The translations under genes were made by a program, and so were the position numbers. From assembly GCA_963748015.1 (NCBI GenBank), contig CAVVHE010000008.1, forward strand, positions 352,001 through 416,000: DNA of 64,000 nucleotides, read 5' to 3'. The stretch comes from Terriglobia bacterium (lineage in GTDB: Bacteria; Acidobacteriota; Polarisedimenticolia; Polarisedimenticolales; JAIQFR01). The notes under the pieces are model-generated. The model saw only the letters and a list, made by a program, of their open reading frames with translations. It did no database searches and had not been told where the DNA came from. Positions 10,913 to 20,787 of this stretch are shown piece by piece (positions within the stretch are counted from its first letter, which is position 1; every line of letters starts with the position of its first letter).

Positions 10913-12253
10913 TCACGCGGCCAGGCTCTCCGCGAACCCCAGCCGGTGCGCGAGGTCCAGGGCCTGCCGGATCCCCTGCGCGGTGTTCCCGTACCAGAAC
11001 GCCCCCTGCCGCCCGCAGATCTCGAGGTTCGCGTAATGCTCGAGGTAACGTTCGACGACCTTGAGGTGATGGCGGTAGCCGACCCGGTAGACGGGGTACA
11101 CCGCTGCGAATCGAAGCACCCATGCCTCCTCCACCTCCGCTCGGGAACGGAGGAGGCCGATGCGCATCAGGTCGTCCACCGCGCGCGACACCTGCCGGTC
11201 GTCACTCTCTCGCCAGACCGCGTCGCCCGCCTCGCAGGCGATCTCGAGGCAGACGCCGGTCCGGCCGGGGGGCGCCATCGTGCCGCAGTAGTTGGTCGTC
11301 TCGCTCAGCCGGTTGAACCGGACGGCGGGGTCGGGAACGTAGATCCAGTGATCCTCGCTCAAGGATCGCCGGCGAATCCCGAGGTACACGGTGACCATTC
11401 CCCGATTCTTGAGCGCCGAAGCGGCCTTGGTCGCCCGCGGATCCGGGGCGGGATCGAGTGCGCGGAGAACGGCGGGAAGGGGAATCGTCGAGATCACGAG
11501 GTCCGCGGGAAGGTCGAGCCCCCGCGCCCCGCATGCCGCCTCGACCGCCTCGATCTTGCCCCCGCGATGACGCAGGCGGGAGGCGTGGTGCCCGAGGAGC
11601 AGGCGCCCTCCGGACTCGGTGAATCGCCGCGCGAGCCCCTCGGGGATCGCCATGAACCCGCCGCGCGGGTAGTGAAAGTCGTCCCAGGGATCGGTGCGAC
11701 CGGAAATTCTCTGGACGAGCTGCCTCAGGAAGCCGGTCCCGGGAACCGCCTCCGTCGCAAGGTCGCCGGACAGCTCCGACGGCGCGCAGCCGTGGAGCTT
11801 CAGGGTGTAGGGGCCGAAGAACGACTCGAACAGCGGCTCCCCGTAGCGCGCCACGATGTGCGTCCGGAAGTCGTCTCCTCGCGGCGTGACCGAGAGGCGG
11901 GCCGAGGCATAGCCGAGGAGCGTTCGGAGCGCGGTCCGCAGGGAGCCGCCAAGCACGTCGGATGGGTGAATCGGATAGCGATAGAAACGGCCGTCCAGGA
12001 GAATCCGGCTCACCTTGTGGCAGGAGATGAGCGGCTCGTCGAGGCAGGACTCGACCAGGCGCAGCACCTCGGCGTCGCGCGACCAGAGGCGATGCGAGAA
12101 GTAGTCGAAGGTGTACCCGCGTTCCCGGAACCCCGAGGCCAGCCCGCCCGGCCGGTCCGACGCCTCGAGGATCGTCGTCTCGGCGCCGCCGCGCGCCAGC
12201 GCGAGGCCGGCGGTCAGCCCCGCGATCCCCCCGCCGAGGACGACCGCCCTCAT
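10913..12253 (-). CDS. FAD-dependent oxidoreductase (HemY-like / UDP-galactopyranose mutase-related family)
   Basis: N-terminal Rossmann motif VVLGGGIAGLTAG, GGLA..GYTFD, YPVY and C-terminal GRQGAFWYGN. Confidence 0.8.
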   Translation of the reverse strand: MRAVVLGGGIAGLTAGLALARGGAETTILEASDRPGGLASGFRERGYTFDYFSHRLWSRDAEVLRLVESCLDEPLISCHKVSRILLDGRFYRYPIHPSDVLGGSLRTALRTLLGYASARLSVTPRGDDFRTHIVARYGEPLFESFFGPYTLKLHGCAPSELSGDLATEAVPGTGFLRQLVQRISGRTDPWDDFHYPRGGFMAIPEGLARRFTESGGRLLLGHHASRLRHRGGKIEAVEAACGARGLDLPADLVISTIPLPAVLRALDPAPDPRATKAASALKNRGMVTVYLGIRRRSLSEDHWIYVPDPAVRFNRLSETTNYCGTMAPPGRTGVCLEIACEAGDAVWRESDDRQVSRAVDDLMRIGLLRSRAEVEEAWVLRFAAVYPVYRVGYRHHLKVVERYLEHYANLEICGRQGAFWYGNTAQGIRQALDLAHRLGFAESLAA

Positions 12254-12365
12254 GCGACCGCCACGCGGCCCGGAAGAAAGACGCGTCCCCGTCCCGGCAT
12301 CACGTCCGGATCATACCGGATGGCCGCGTCTTCGAGGAGGGGCACCGCCGGAGTCTCGCGGACCG

Positions 12366-13678
12366 TCAACGCTGCCGGAACGAGCTCACCCTGATGGGGA
12401 AGCCGAACTGTGCCTTGTTGATGGCGTCGCTGCAGTAGGCCGTGTCGTGGGTTCCGTTGCCGTCGTCGTAGAACGTGGCGACGCCGAAGCCGTTCGTCCC
12501 TCCGGTGCAGTCGTCGCCGTTGCCGTAGACGCCGTCGGGTCCGGCGATGTTCGCCGACCAGCACCGCCCCGATCGTGTCGCCGTTGCCGCCTCCGTTGGA
12601 GCTGGAACCCGCCGCCGGTGCCGATGGCGAGGATGATCCCCTCCCAGGACATTTCCCCGGAAACGGTGAGCGTTCCGGTCACCCACAGCACGCCCCTGCC
12701 GGTGAGGTTGCCGCTGAAGGTCAGGTTTCCGTCCACGAAGGTGACGGTGCTGATCGTGGTGGAGGCCCAGTGGTTGCAGGGCGCGGAAGGGGTGCAGACG
12801 TAATCGGCCGCGGCCCTGACGTCGTCGGCGAGGTTATGCAGATCCTGGCAGGTGGTCCAGGTGGGATCGATCGTGCTGCTCACGTCCGACACCGTGGCGA
12901 GCCCGGTGGCCCCGCCGGAGGTGTAGTTGGCCGGCTTCTGGACTCCCGTCTCCGCGCTCGCTTCCGACGCGGTGCCGATCGTGCCGACGACGGGGACGCT
13001 CAGCCCGGGAATGCCCGTGTAGCCGCTCGCGCCCGAGCAGTCGTCCCCCGTGAAATCCTTCGCGTTGCTGTTCCCGCCGTCGAAGTTGGCGGTGGGGCCG
13101 AGAAGGGTGATTGCGGAGGGGAATGGCGGGAAGCGTCTGCGGGTGACGATCGCCTGGACGATTTCGACCGACTGGTTTCGGCCCGCGCCGATCGCGGTGA
13201 TCATCACCCGCTTGTTCGAATCGGTGAGGCTCGTCTTCCCGTCGATCGGGTCGTTCGTCAGGAAGGCGGCGTAGTAGCCGCCGCCGAACGTGGTCGCGGC
13301 CTTGATGGGGGCGTCGTCGCCGTATCCGGTGAAGCCCGTCACGTTGCCGTTCGCGTCGTAGGTCGGCTTGAGGTTCGCCTCGTTGAAGTTGATGGCGTGG
13401 TTGGAGCCGGAGGCCGCATAGAGCTCGTCGCTCAGGCTCTTGGGGTTCGCGGAGGCGAGGTTGTTCAACCGGAGCTGCTCGCGGCCGGCCTCGAGACCGG
13501 CCTCGGCGATGAAGAAGGCCTTCTTCGTGCGGATCCCGGCCTGGTTCATCTTGGCGTCCGAGTCCGCAACGAACAGCAGCGTGATCCCCATCGTGGTGAG
13601 GAGGAGCAGCACGATGGCCGCCATGACGAGGGCCGACCCCTTCTGCTCTTCGTACCGCGGAAGCCGGGGCGTGCTCAT
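12366..13678 (-). pseudogene. PilX-like minor pilin / pilus assembly protein with two +1 frameshifts (12598-12599 and 12554-12555)
   Basis: Leader EEQKG|SALVMAAIV lacks Glu5, typical of PilX/GspK; KAFFIAEAGLE motif. Removing two doubled bases gives a 436-aa protein ending NGGGNGDTIGAVLVANIAGPDG...VSSFRQR. Confidence 0.75.
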
Positions 13679-14262
13679 AGTTTCCCTCTCAACGCGACGA
13701 CGTCGCTCACCGTGTACCGGATGAACTGGCCCGACCGCGGATCCCTCGACGGGGACTGGGTCGTGATCTTCACGGTGATCTTCGTCGGCGCCGTGGTCGA
13801 GTCCGGGGTGAACATCAGCTCGGCGGTGCCGTCCCCGTTCGCGTCGTTGGTGACACCGTCCGCCAGGACGACGAGCGTTCCCCCCGTGGACTTCCGCCAT
13901 TCCAACTGCGTCCCGTTGAGCTGGATCAGCACGTCCTCGCCGTCGTCCGAGGTGTCGCCGTCCTCGTTGAGATCGGCGAAGATCTCGATGTGGTCGGCGG
14001 ACGCCGGGTCGGAGGCGTTGAGCGTGAGCGCGGAGAACCCCGTCTTCAGGGGGTCCCAGCCCGCGGTGCGGATCGCGCTCGTGGCCAGCTCGAGGCAGTT
14101 CCTCGCGTCGGCCTGGACCGCCATCGCCATCTGCTGCGAGCGGTTGAGCCGCGAGCTGTCGAGGAGGAGCGGTGCGATCCCTCCGATCGCGAGGGAGAGG
14201 ACCGCGAGGCTGACCAGCATCTCGACGAGGGTGAAGCCCGCCTGCCGCCGATCGGTGGTCAC
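13675..14262 (-). CDS. PilW-like type IV minor pilin
   Basis: Prepilin cleavage motif RQAG|FTLVEML; ATSAIRTAG motif. Confidence 0.8.
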   Translation of the reverse strand: MTTDRRQAGFTLVEMLVSLAVLSLAIGGIAPLLLDSSRLNRSQQMAMAVQADARNCLELATSAIRTAGWDPLKTGFSALTLNASDPASADHIEIFADLNEDGDTSDDGEDVLIQLNGTQLEWRKSTGGTLVVLADGVTNDANGDGTAELMFTPDSTTAPTKITVKITTQSPSRDPRSGQFIRYTVSDVVALRGKL

Positions 14263-14657
14263 TTCACCCTCCTGTAGGTGAGCTCCACCACCTTGGCGGG
14301 GCCCTCGGGCTGCCGCATCGAGATCGCCCGCACGACGACGGTCTTGATGGTCGTCGGCGTCGCGTTGTTCGTCACGGTCCAGCGCACGGTCGAGCGGGGG
14401 TCGCTCGTGTCGAAGAAGCCCGTGACGTTCGAGGTGAGGCTCCCTCCCGCGGCGAGCGAATTGAAGTCCACCGTCCGCAGCATCTCCATCCGCCGGACCG
14501 CGAGGGCGCCCGCCGTGCCGTAGTCGGCCGAGGCGGCCGTTTCCCTCGTCGCGAACACGAACAGCGGCGCGACCGAGAGGACGCCGAAGCCGAGGAGGAC
14601 GACGGCGACCAGCACCTCGACCAGGGAGAAACCCGACTGGTTTCGTACCTTCGTCAT
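14259..14657 (-). CDS. PilV-like type IV minor pilin
   Basis: NQSG|FSLVEVLVA; ATGA/GTGA overlaps with both neighbours. Confidence 0.8.
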   Translation of the reverse strand: MTKVRNQSGFSLVEVLVAVVLLGFGVLSVAPLFVFATRETAASADYGTAGALAVRRMEMLRTVDFNSLAAGGSLTSNVTGFFDTSDPRSTVRWTVTNNATPTTIKTVVVRAISMRQPEGPAKVVELTYRRVK

Positions 14658-15214
14658 GATCCGATCACCCACGCGGAGCCGTTCCACCGGTCGAGGCGGA
14701 CGCCACCCGCGCCGAAGAGCGTGAGCTGCTCGAAGCGCTCGCCACCACGCACCGAGACCACGCCGGCCCCCTGAGAGACGGCGCCGTCCGAGGTGAAGGT
14801 CGCCTGGTACAGGGTGCCGCCCGGGGAGTAGAGCGTCACCGGCGTGGAGCCGTCGGGCCGCTCGAAGGAGATCTTCGCCGACACCGTGACGTCGGAAAGG
14901 ACGACGTCGTCCGTGCTGGTCGAGACGTCGTTGAGGTCGATCACCTGGACCCGGCGGGTGGCCGTGTCCACGGTGAACCTGCAGACGCGGTTACGGCTCA
15001 CCGCCTGCATTCGGGCGAGCTGCATCTGCGTCTGGATCGAGTAGACGGCGCTGCGAGCCGCTTCGCGGCCGATCCATGCGACGGTCGTCGTTATCGCCGC
15101 GACCAGCACCAGCGCGCCGATGGAGAGGACCATGAGGAGCTCGAAGAGGGTCATGCCCCGCTCGGAGCGCCGCCCCGAATCCGATTGCGCCTTGCTACCC
15201 AAAGGTTCTCGCAA
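14654..15214 (-). CDS. FimT/FimU/GspH-like minor pilin (start uncertain)
   Basis: SERG|MTLFELLMV and LARMQAVSRN motifs; TTG 15214 chosen for its purine-rich upstream sequence. Confidence 0.75.
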   Translation of the reverse strand: MREPLGSKAQSDSGRRSERGMTLFELLMVLSIGALVLVAAITTTVAWIGREAARSAVYSIQTQMQLARMQAVSRNRVCRFTVDTATRRVQVIDLNDVSTSTDDVVLSDVTVSAKISFERPDGSTPVTLYSPGGTLYQATFTSDGAVSQGAGVVSVRGGERFEQLTLFGAGGVRLDRWNGSAWVIGS

Positions 15215-15614
15215 CGCTTCCCCCGCTGGCGGAACGCCAATCTGTCCGGGCCCGCACGAAGCCACTTGCAGTTCCCGCTCCAACCCCACTTGCGGACTCC
15301 GGGCTCGCGCGGTCAAACTTAGGGTCCCGATCCCCGGGAGTCAACCGCGCGGAGGCCACGGAAACTCCCGTCCGGCTTGGCGTTCCCGCGTTTTTCGTGG
15401 GTCGGCCCGCGCGCGATCCGGAAACCGCCGTGCGGCCCCGCTGGCGCCGGTTTGGGGGAGAGAGCCGCCGTCCCGCGCGCGCGATTTCGTGCCCCTGATC
15501 GTCAGATCGATGACGCTTTCGTATCCGCCCGGCGAGCCGTGGCGGCGCGGGTTGGGGTACCCTTTAGGTCCCGTCACGGAATTCCCGGTCCCCGGGGAAG
15601 CGGAGCGCGCCGGA

Positions 15615-16706
15615 ATGCCCTGGAACGCGTCGATGCCGAAGTTGAAGGCCGCGGGGAAATCCGCGCTCGTCATTGCCGGGGTCACGGTGCTCGTCTTCGC
15701 GTTGCTGGAGGGATTCTCGAGCCTCGTCCTCCTCGTCAACGACGTCGCGCGGTACTCGCGGCGGCCCCTGACCGCGCACTCGCACTTCGACCCGCTTCTC
15801 GGCTGGGCGAGCACGCCGAACGTGGACCTCCCCGACCTGTACGGTCCCGGCGCCCACTTCAGGACGAACTCGCAGGGGTTCCGCAACGACCGCGATTTCC
15901 CGGTGGACGTGCCGGCGGGGAAATTCCGGATCGTCTGCTCGGGGGATTCGTTCACGCTCGGCCACGGGGTGAGCAACGACGAGGCGTGGTGCCAGGCGCT
16001 CGCCGGCCTCGATCGCCGCCTCGAGACGGTCAACATGGGGCAGGGGGGATACGGTCTCGACCAGGCCTACCTCTGGTACCTGCGCGACGGGACGCCGCTC
16101 CGCCACGACCTCCTTCTCTTCGCGTTCATCACCGAGGACTTCTTCCGGGTCGCGCAGGACAACTTCGTCGGGTACGCGAAGCCGGTTCTCGGCGTCCGTG
16201 ACGGCAAGCTGGTCCCCACCAACGTCCCGCTGCCGAAGCGCTCCTACTACCTCCCCTGGCTGACGCGAAACGCGGGGCTCTTCTACCGTCTGAGAACGCT
16301 GCAGCTGGTCAAGGCGCTGCTCGGCCAGTCCTCCGCGGGAGCCGCCGGGCCGCCCGCGCCCGATCTCAGGCGGGCCGCGGAGGTCGCCTCCCGGATCTTC
16401 GGCGAGCTGCAGAGGGTCACCCGCGAGAAGGGGACCGCGCTGGCGCTCGTCTACCTCCCGGTGCTGTCGGACTATTCCGATCCGGCATCCGATCGCTGGC
16501 GCGAGTTCGTGCGCCGGGATGCCGAGCGGCGCGGGATCCCGTTCATCGACCTCGTCGAGGAGCTGAGGAAGGTCCCGCCGGACGAGGCGCGCCGCCTCTT
16601 CAAGGACCACTTCTCGGTGGACGGAAACCGCTTCGTCGCGACAACGATCCACTCCCGCCTCTCGAGCCTCCCCGGCGTTTCGAACCGCCTGCAGGGCGCG
16701 CCCTAG
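15615..16706 (+). CDS. SGNH/GDSL hydrolase family protein with N-terminal membrane anchor
   Basis: GDSFTLG block I, NMGQGGYG block II, C-terminal DHFSVDGN. Confidence 0.8.
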   Translation: MPWNASMPKLKAAGKSALVIAGVTVLVFALLEGFSSLVLLVNDVARYSRRPLTAHSHFDPLLGWASTPNVDLPDLYGPGAHFRTNSQGFRNDRDFPVDVPAGKFRIVCSGDSFTLGHGVSNDEAWCQALAGLDRRLETVNMGQGGYGLDQAYLWYLRDGTPLRHDLLLFAFITEDFFRVAQDNFVGYAKPVLGVRDGKLVPTNVPLPKRSYYLPWLTRNAGLFYRLRTLQLVKALLGQSSAGAAGPPAPDLRRAAEVASRIFGELQRVTREKGTALALVYLPVLSDYSDPASDRWREFVRRDAERRGIPFIDLVEELRKVPPDEARRLFKDHFSVDGNRFVATTIHSRLSSLPGVSNRLQGAP

Positions 16707-16753
16707 CCTCGGAGCCGTTTTCTGCTCGAAAGTAGCGCGAAGGCCGAAGAGGC

Positions 16754-16781
16754 CTAAATTACCAACATCCCGGGCCGATAA
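16754..16781 (+). promoter_or_regulatory. sigma28 (FliA) promoter of the fliL-flbD-motAB operon
   Basis: CTAAA-N15-GCCGATAA, an exact match to the TAAA-N15-GCCGATAA consensus. Confidence 0.85.
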
Positions 16782-16848
16782 GCAGAGGGGCGGCGGAATG
16801 CCCGCTGTCCGGGTTGTGACCGTTGAGACGGGGATGGAGGAGCCCTTC

Positions 16849-17382
16849 ATGGCCGAAGCCGACGCAGAAGCCGCACCGCCGCAAGAGAAATCCAAGACCG
16901 GCAAGAAGGGACTCGTCCTCGCTCTCGTCGGCGTCGTGGTCCTGCTCGGCGCCGGCGCGGGGGGCGCCTACATCTGGATGTCGAAGGGCTCGGGGAAGCC
17001 CGCCGCCCCGGCCGCGCCCGCGGGCGAGGGAGCGCACGCCGGCAAGGGCGAGGCGAAGGAGAAGGGCGGTTCTCACGGCGTCCTGTCCCTCGAGTCGTTC
17101 ATCGCGAACCTCGCCGATCCCGAGGGGGACCGCTACATCAAGTGCACCATGCGTCTCGTGCTCGACCGGGCCGAGGCGGCGGAGACCGTGAAGTCCGACG
17201 ACCTGGCGATCACCCGGGTCCGGGACCGCGTCCTGACGCTCCTGTCGAGCAAGACGTTCGCGCAGGTCGCCACCACGGAAGGGAAGGAGTCGCTCCGCAA
17301 GGAGATCCAGGAGCAGGTGAGCTCCGTCCTGCACGACGCGGCCGTGTCGGAGGTCTACTACACCGAGTTCATCGTCCAGTAG
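16849..17382 (+). CDS. fliL: Flagellar basal body-associated protein FliL
   Basis: Single TM helix; FIANLAD, RYIK, VRDRVLTLLSSK and VYYTEFIVQ; GGAGG RBS. Confidence 0.93.
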   Translation: MAEADAEAAPPQEKSKTGKKGLVLALVGVVVLLGAGAGGAYIWMSKGSGKPAAPAAPAGEGAHAGKGEAKEKGGSHGVLSLESFIANLADPEGDRYIKCTMRLVLDRAEAAETVKSDDLAITRVRDRVLTLLSSKTFAQVATTEGKESLRKEIQEQVSSVLHDAAVSEVYYTEFIVQ

Positions 17383-17408
17383 CGGGGCCGCCGCGGCCGA
17401 GGTGCGAC

Positions 17409-17723
17409 ATGATCCGTCTCTCGCGTCTCAACCACCAGGAGATCGCGATCAACTGCGATCTCATCGAGTACGTCGAGGCCAAGCCCGACACGACCGTGAG
17501 GCTCATCACGGGGGACAGCATCCTCGTCCTCGAGAGCGTGGAAGAGGTCATCCGGCGCATCACCGAGTTCCGGAGGAACCTGATGAGCTCCGCCGGGCTC
17601 GCGGCGCTGTTCACCTCGGGCTGGCGTCCGACCACGGCGGCGCTCCGCCGCCGCGAGGACGGTGACGCGAGCCGGTTCTCCGCGGCAGGGGGCGGCGGCG
17701 AGCAAGGGGGGAGCGAGCGGTGA
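17409..17723 (+). CDS. flbD: Flagellar FlbD (SwrD) family protein
   Basis: MIRLSRLN..INCDLIEYVEAKPDTTVRL; lies directly upstream of motA. Confidence 0.9.
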   Translation: MIRLSRLNHQEIAINCDLIEYVEAKPDTTVRLITGDSILVLESVEEVIRRITEFRRNLMSSAGLAALFTSGWRPTTAALRRREDGDASRFSAAGGGGEQGGSER

Positions 17724-18532
17724 AGAAGTTCGACATCGCCACCCTGATCGGGCTGACCCTCGCCGTGGGCGGAATCCTGGTCGGCAACGCCCTCGAGGGC
17801 GGCAAGGTCAGCTCCATCCTCCAGCCCACCGCGGCGCTGATCGTCTTCGGCGGAACCCTCGGCGCGGTCTTCGTCACGTACCCGCTGCCGATCGTGATGC
17901 GCGGCTTCAAGGCGGCCGCGCTGATCTTCGGGAACCGGTCCTCCAACCCGCGAGGCCTGCTCGACGAGATCGTCCGCTACGCCCAGAAGGCCAGAAAGGA
18001 GGGGATCATCTCCCTCGAGGCCGAGGTCCGGAACGCCTCGGACCCCTTCCTGAAGCGCGCCATCCTCATGGCCATCGACGGCGTGGACTCCAAGACGATG
18101 CAGGAGACGCTCGAGCTCGAGCTGCACGAGATGGACGAGCAGGGGGAGCTGTCGGCGAAGGTGTACGAGGCGGCCGGCGGCTACGCCCCGACCATCGGCA
18201 TCCTCGGCGCGGTCCTCGGGCTGATCCACGTCATGCAGAACCTCTCGGACGTCTCCAAGGTCGGCGAGGGGATCGCCGTGGCGTTCGTCGCCACGATCTA
18301 CGGCGTCGGCTCGGCGAACATCCTGTTCCTGCCCGCGGGCGGCAAGCTCAAGGTGAAGCACCGCGAGGAGATGGTCCTGCGCGAGATGATGATGTACGGC
18401 GCCATCGCGATCCAGGAAGGGCAGAACCCGAAGCTCATCGAGGACAAGCTCTCGGCGTTCCTCCAGGAGAAGCCCAAGCCGGCCTCGGCGGCCGAGGCGG
18501 GCAAGAAGGCCGCGCCTCGGGCCGCGGCGTAA
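17720..18532 (+). CDS. motA: Flagellar stator protein MotA
   Basis: ARKEGIISLE, GGYAPTIGILGAVLGLI and AFVATIYGV motifs. Confidence 0.95.
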   Translation: MKKFDIATLIGLTLAVGGILVGNALEGGKVSSILQPTAALIVFGGTLGAVFVTYPLPIVMRGFKAAALIFGNRSSNPRGLLDEIVRYAQKARKEGIISLEAEVRNASDPFLKRAILMAIDGVDSKTMQETLELELHEMDEQGELSAKVYEAAGGYAPTIGILGAVLGLIHVMQNLSDVSKVGEGIAVAFVATIYGVGSANILFLPAGGKLKVKHREEMVLREMMMYGAIAIQEGQNPKLIEDKLSAFLQEKPKPASAAEAGKKAAPRAAA

Positions 18533-18544
18533 GGACGCGCCGCC

Positions 18545-19312
18545 GTGAAGAGGAAGCCCCCCGAGCACGCGAACCACGAGCGGTGGCTCGTCTCCTACGC
18601 GGACTTCATCACGCTCCTGTTCGCGTTCTTCGTCGTGATGTTCGCGATCTCCCAGGTCGACGCGCAGAAGCTCGGCCGGTTCGTGCAGTCGGTCAACGTC
18701 GCGTTCGAGATGAAGGGGGTCTTCCCGGAATCGAACCCGCACCCGATCCAGCTGGACCCCTCGGCGGGAGGAGGGCTCGGGATCCGGCCGAACATCGCGC
18801 CGCCCAAGATCACGGTGCAGGCGGGGATGGTCCCCTCGAGACGCGCCCAGCAGGTCCGCCGGGCCCTCGAGAGCATGCCGGGGATGTCGAAGCTGGAGGG
18901 CAAGGTCCACGTGCGCATCGACCAGCGCGGCGTCACGGTGAGCCTCTCGGAGGCCGGGTTCTTCGACACGGGCTCGGCCCAGGTGCGGGACGACGCGGTG
19001 CCGATGCTCCGCGAGCTCGCGGAGGCCTTGAAGGTCGCCGAGAGCCCCATCGCCGTCGAGGGGCACACGGACAACGTCCCGATCAAGACGCCCCTCTATC
19101 CTTCCAACTGGGAGCTTTCGACCGTCCGGGCGACCAGCATCGTCCGGTACCTGATCGAGCAGCAAGGGTACGACCCGCTGCGCCTCTCGGCGACCGGCTT
19201 CGCCGAGTACCGGCCCGTCGGCGACAACGCGTCTCCCGAGGGCCGCACCCAGAACCGCCGCGTGGACATCGTGATCCTCACCGAGACGGGCGACGGTCCC
19301 GCCCCGCGCTGA
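18545..19312 (+). CDS. motB: Flagellar stator protein MotB (likely H+-coupled)
   Basis: WLVSYADFITLL with Val at Asp+11; OmpA-like domain GHTDN, NWELS and NRRVDI. Confidence 0.95.
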   Translation: MKRKPPEHANHERWLVSYADFITLLFAFFVVMFAISQVDAQKLGRFVQSVNVAFEMKGVFPESNPHPIQLDPSAGGGLGIRPNIAPPKITVQAGMVPSRRAQQVRRALESMPGMSKLEGKVHVRIDQRGVTVSLSEAGFFDTGSAQVRDDAVPMLRELAEALKVAESPIAVEGHTDNVPIKTPLYPSNWELSTVRATSIVRYLIEQQGYDPLRLSATGFAEYRPVGDNASPEGRTQNRRVDIVILTETGDGPAPR

Positions 19313-19336
19313 GCGCGGAAGGCGCGGAGGATCGCC

Positions 19337-20746
19337 GTGGCCGTCCTGGACGTCGCGCACAAGACGATCACGCTGAAGGTCGTCTACTACGGCTGCGCGC
19401 TGGGCGGCAAGACCACCAACCTGGTCACGCTGCACCGCCTCACCGACCCGGACGGACAGCACGGCCTCGTCTCGATCGCCACCCGCGACGACCGCACGCT
19501 GTTCTTCGACCTCCTGCCGATGGAGCTCGGGCAGGTGGGCGGGCTCACGGTCAACGTGAAGATCTACACGGTGCCGGGCCAGGTGCACTACGAGCTGACG
19601 CGGCGGCAGGTGCTCTCCGGCACCGACGCGGTCGTGCTCGTGATCGACTCGTCGCCGTCCGAGGTCAAGTCCAACCAGTGGGCCGCCGACAACCTGAGGC
19701 TGAACCTCAAGGGCAGCGGGTACGACCCCGACCAGACGCCGATCGTCCTCCAGTGGAACAAGCGGGACCTGCCGGGCGCGCGAACCGTGGCCGAGCTGAG
19801 CGCCGACCTCAACACGCGGGGGCTTCCCGCGTTCGAGGCGGTCGCCACCTCGGGAGCGGGCGTCATCGAGACCTTCGCGTGCGCGCTCAAGATGGCCATC
19901 CGGCAGGCGTACGCCCGGTCCGGGCGCACCATCGCCACGCCGGAGGTCCTCGACCGCACGGTGGACCTGGCCCTCGAGCAGGCCCGCGCGCGCGAGCCGT
20001 CGCTTCCCGAGCCGGCGGCGGCCGCGTTCGAGCACCGGGTGGACATGGCCGCCTACCAGGACAAGTGGGCGGAGCACGGGCGCGACCGGCGGATCCTCGA
20101 CCAGGAGACGCTCCTCTCCGAGGCCGTGCAGACCAACATGGAGCTGGCCGAGCGGATCGACGGCCTGCGCGGCGTGCAGTCCTCGAGCGAGCGGCGCGCC
20201 GCCATGCTCGGCGCCCTCTCTCGCCTCGCCCCGGCCCTGTCCGATCCCGCCGGGACCGCGCTCCCCCCGGGACTCATGAAGGCGCTACTCGAGGCGTGCG
20301 GCAGGAGCCGGGGGTCGCTCCTCGTCTTCCGTCCCAACGAGAAGACGATGGACGAGCGCGAGGTGGTGCCGGAGGGGCGCGACCCCATGAATGCGGCGGT
20401 CGCGGCGTCGCTCGGGAGCGCGGCCCACCGGCTGTGCCAGGGGGACTCGCCGCGGTGGGTCGAGGACCTCAGCGGCGAGGTGTTCTTCGACGCCAGTCCG
20501 CCCGGGGCGGAGGGGGTCGTCTCGGCCCTCGTCCTTCCGCTGCGTTGCGACGGCGCGGCCTTCGGGGGGATCGTGGTCTACATCGCCGTCCAGGAGTCGC
20601 CCCCGGACGACGCGGAGAGGGAGTTCTGGACGACCTGCGGGACGCTGATCTCCCTGTCCCTGCACTGGAGGGGGCTCAGGAGGAGGCTCACGCAGGCGGC
20701 GGCCGCGGCTCCCCCGGTCTCAAGTCAGGGGGCCAGGAGCCGATAG
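19337..20746 (+). CDS. MglA-family small GTPase fused to a C-terminal GAF-like domain
   Basis: KVVYYGCALGGKTTN, DRTLFFD, TVPGQ and NKRD motifs; about 270-aa C-terminal extension with GAF-like features (SALVLPL..GAAFGGIVV). Confidence 0.85.
   Translation: MAVLDVAHKTITLKVVYYGCALGGKTTNLVTLHRLTDPDGQHGLVSIATRDDRTLFFDLLPMELGQVGGLTVNVKIYTVPGQVHYELTRRQVLSGTDAVVLVIDSSPSEVKSNQWAADNLRLNLKGSGYDPDQTPIVLQWNKRDLPGARTVAELSADLNTRGLPAFEAVATSGAGVIETFACALKMAIRQAYARSGRTIATPEVLDRTVDLALEQARAREPSLPEPAAAAFEHRVDMAAYQDKWAEHGRDRRILDQETLLSEAVQTNMELAERIDGLRGVQSSSERRAAMLGALSRLAPALSDPAGTALPPGLMKALLEACGRSRGSLLVFRPNEKTMDEREVVPEGRDPMNAAVAASLGSAAHRLCQGDSPRWVEDLSGEVFFDASPPGAEGVVSALVLPLRCDGAAFGGIVVYIAVQESPPDDAEREFWTTCGTLISLSLHWRGLRRRLTQAAAAAPPVSSQGARSR
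20720..20746 (+). promoter_or_regulatory. Putative sigma28 promoter inside the 3' end of the MglA-like gene
   Basis: TCAAG-N14-GCCGATAG; shares the CTCAAGT -35 element with the fliC, flgM and 24.1 kb promoters. Confidence 0.65.
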
Positions 20747-20787
20747 GTAGGGATAGCGCCGGTTCGTGAGCGGCGTGGGGGGATGGC

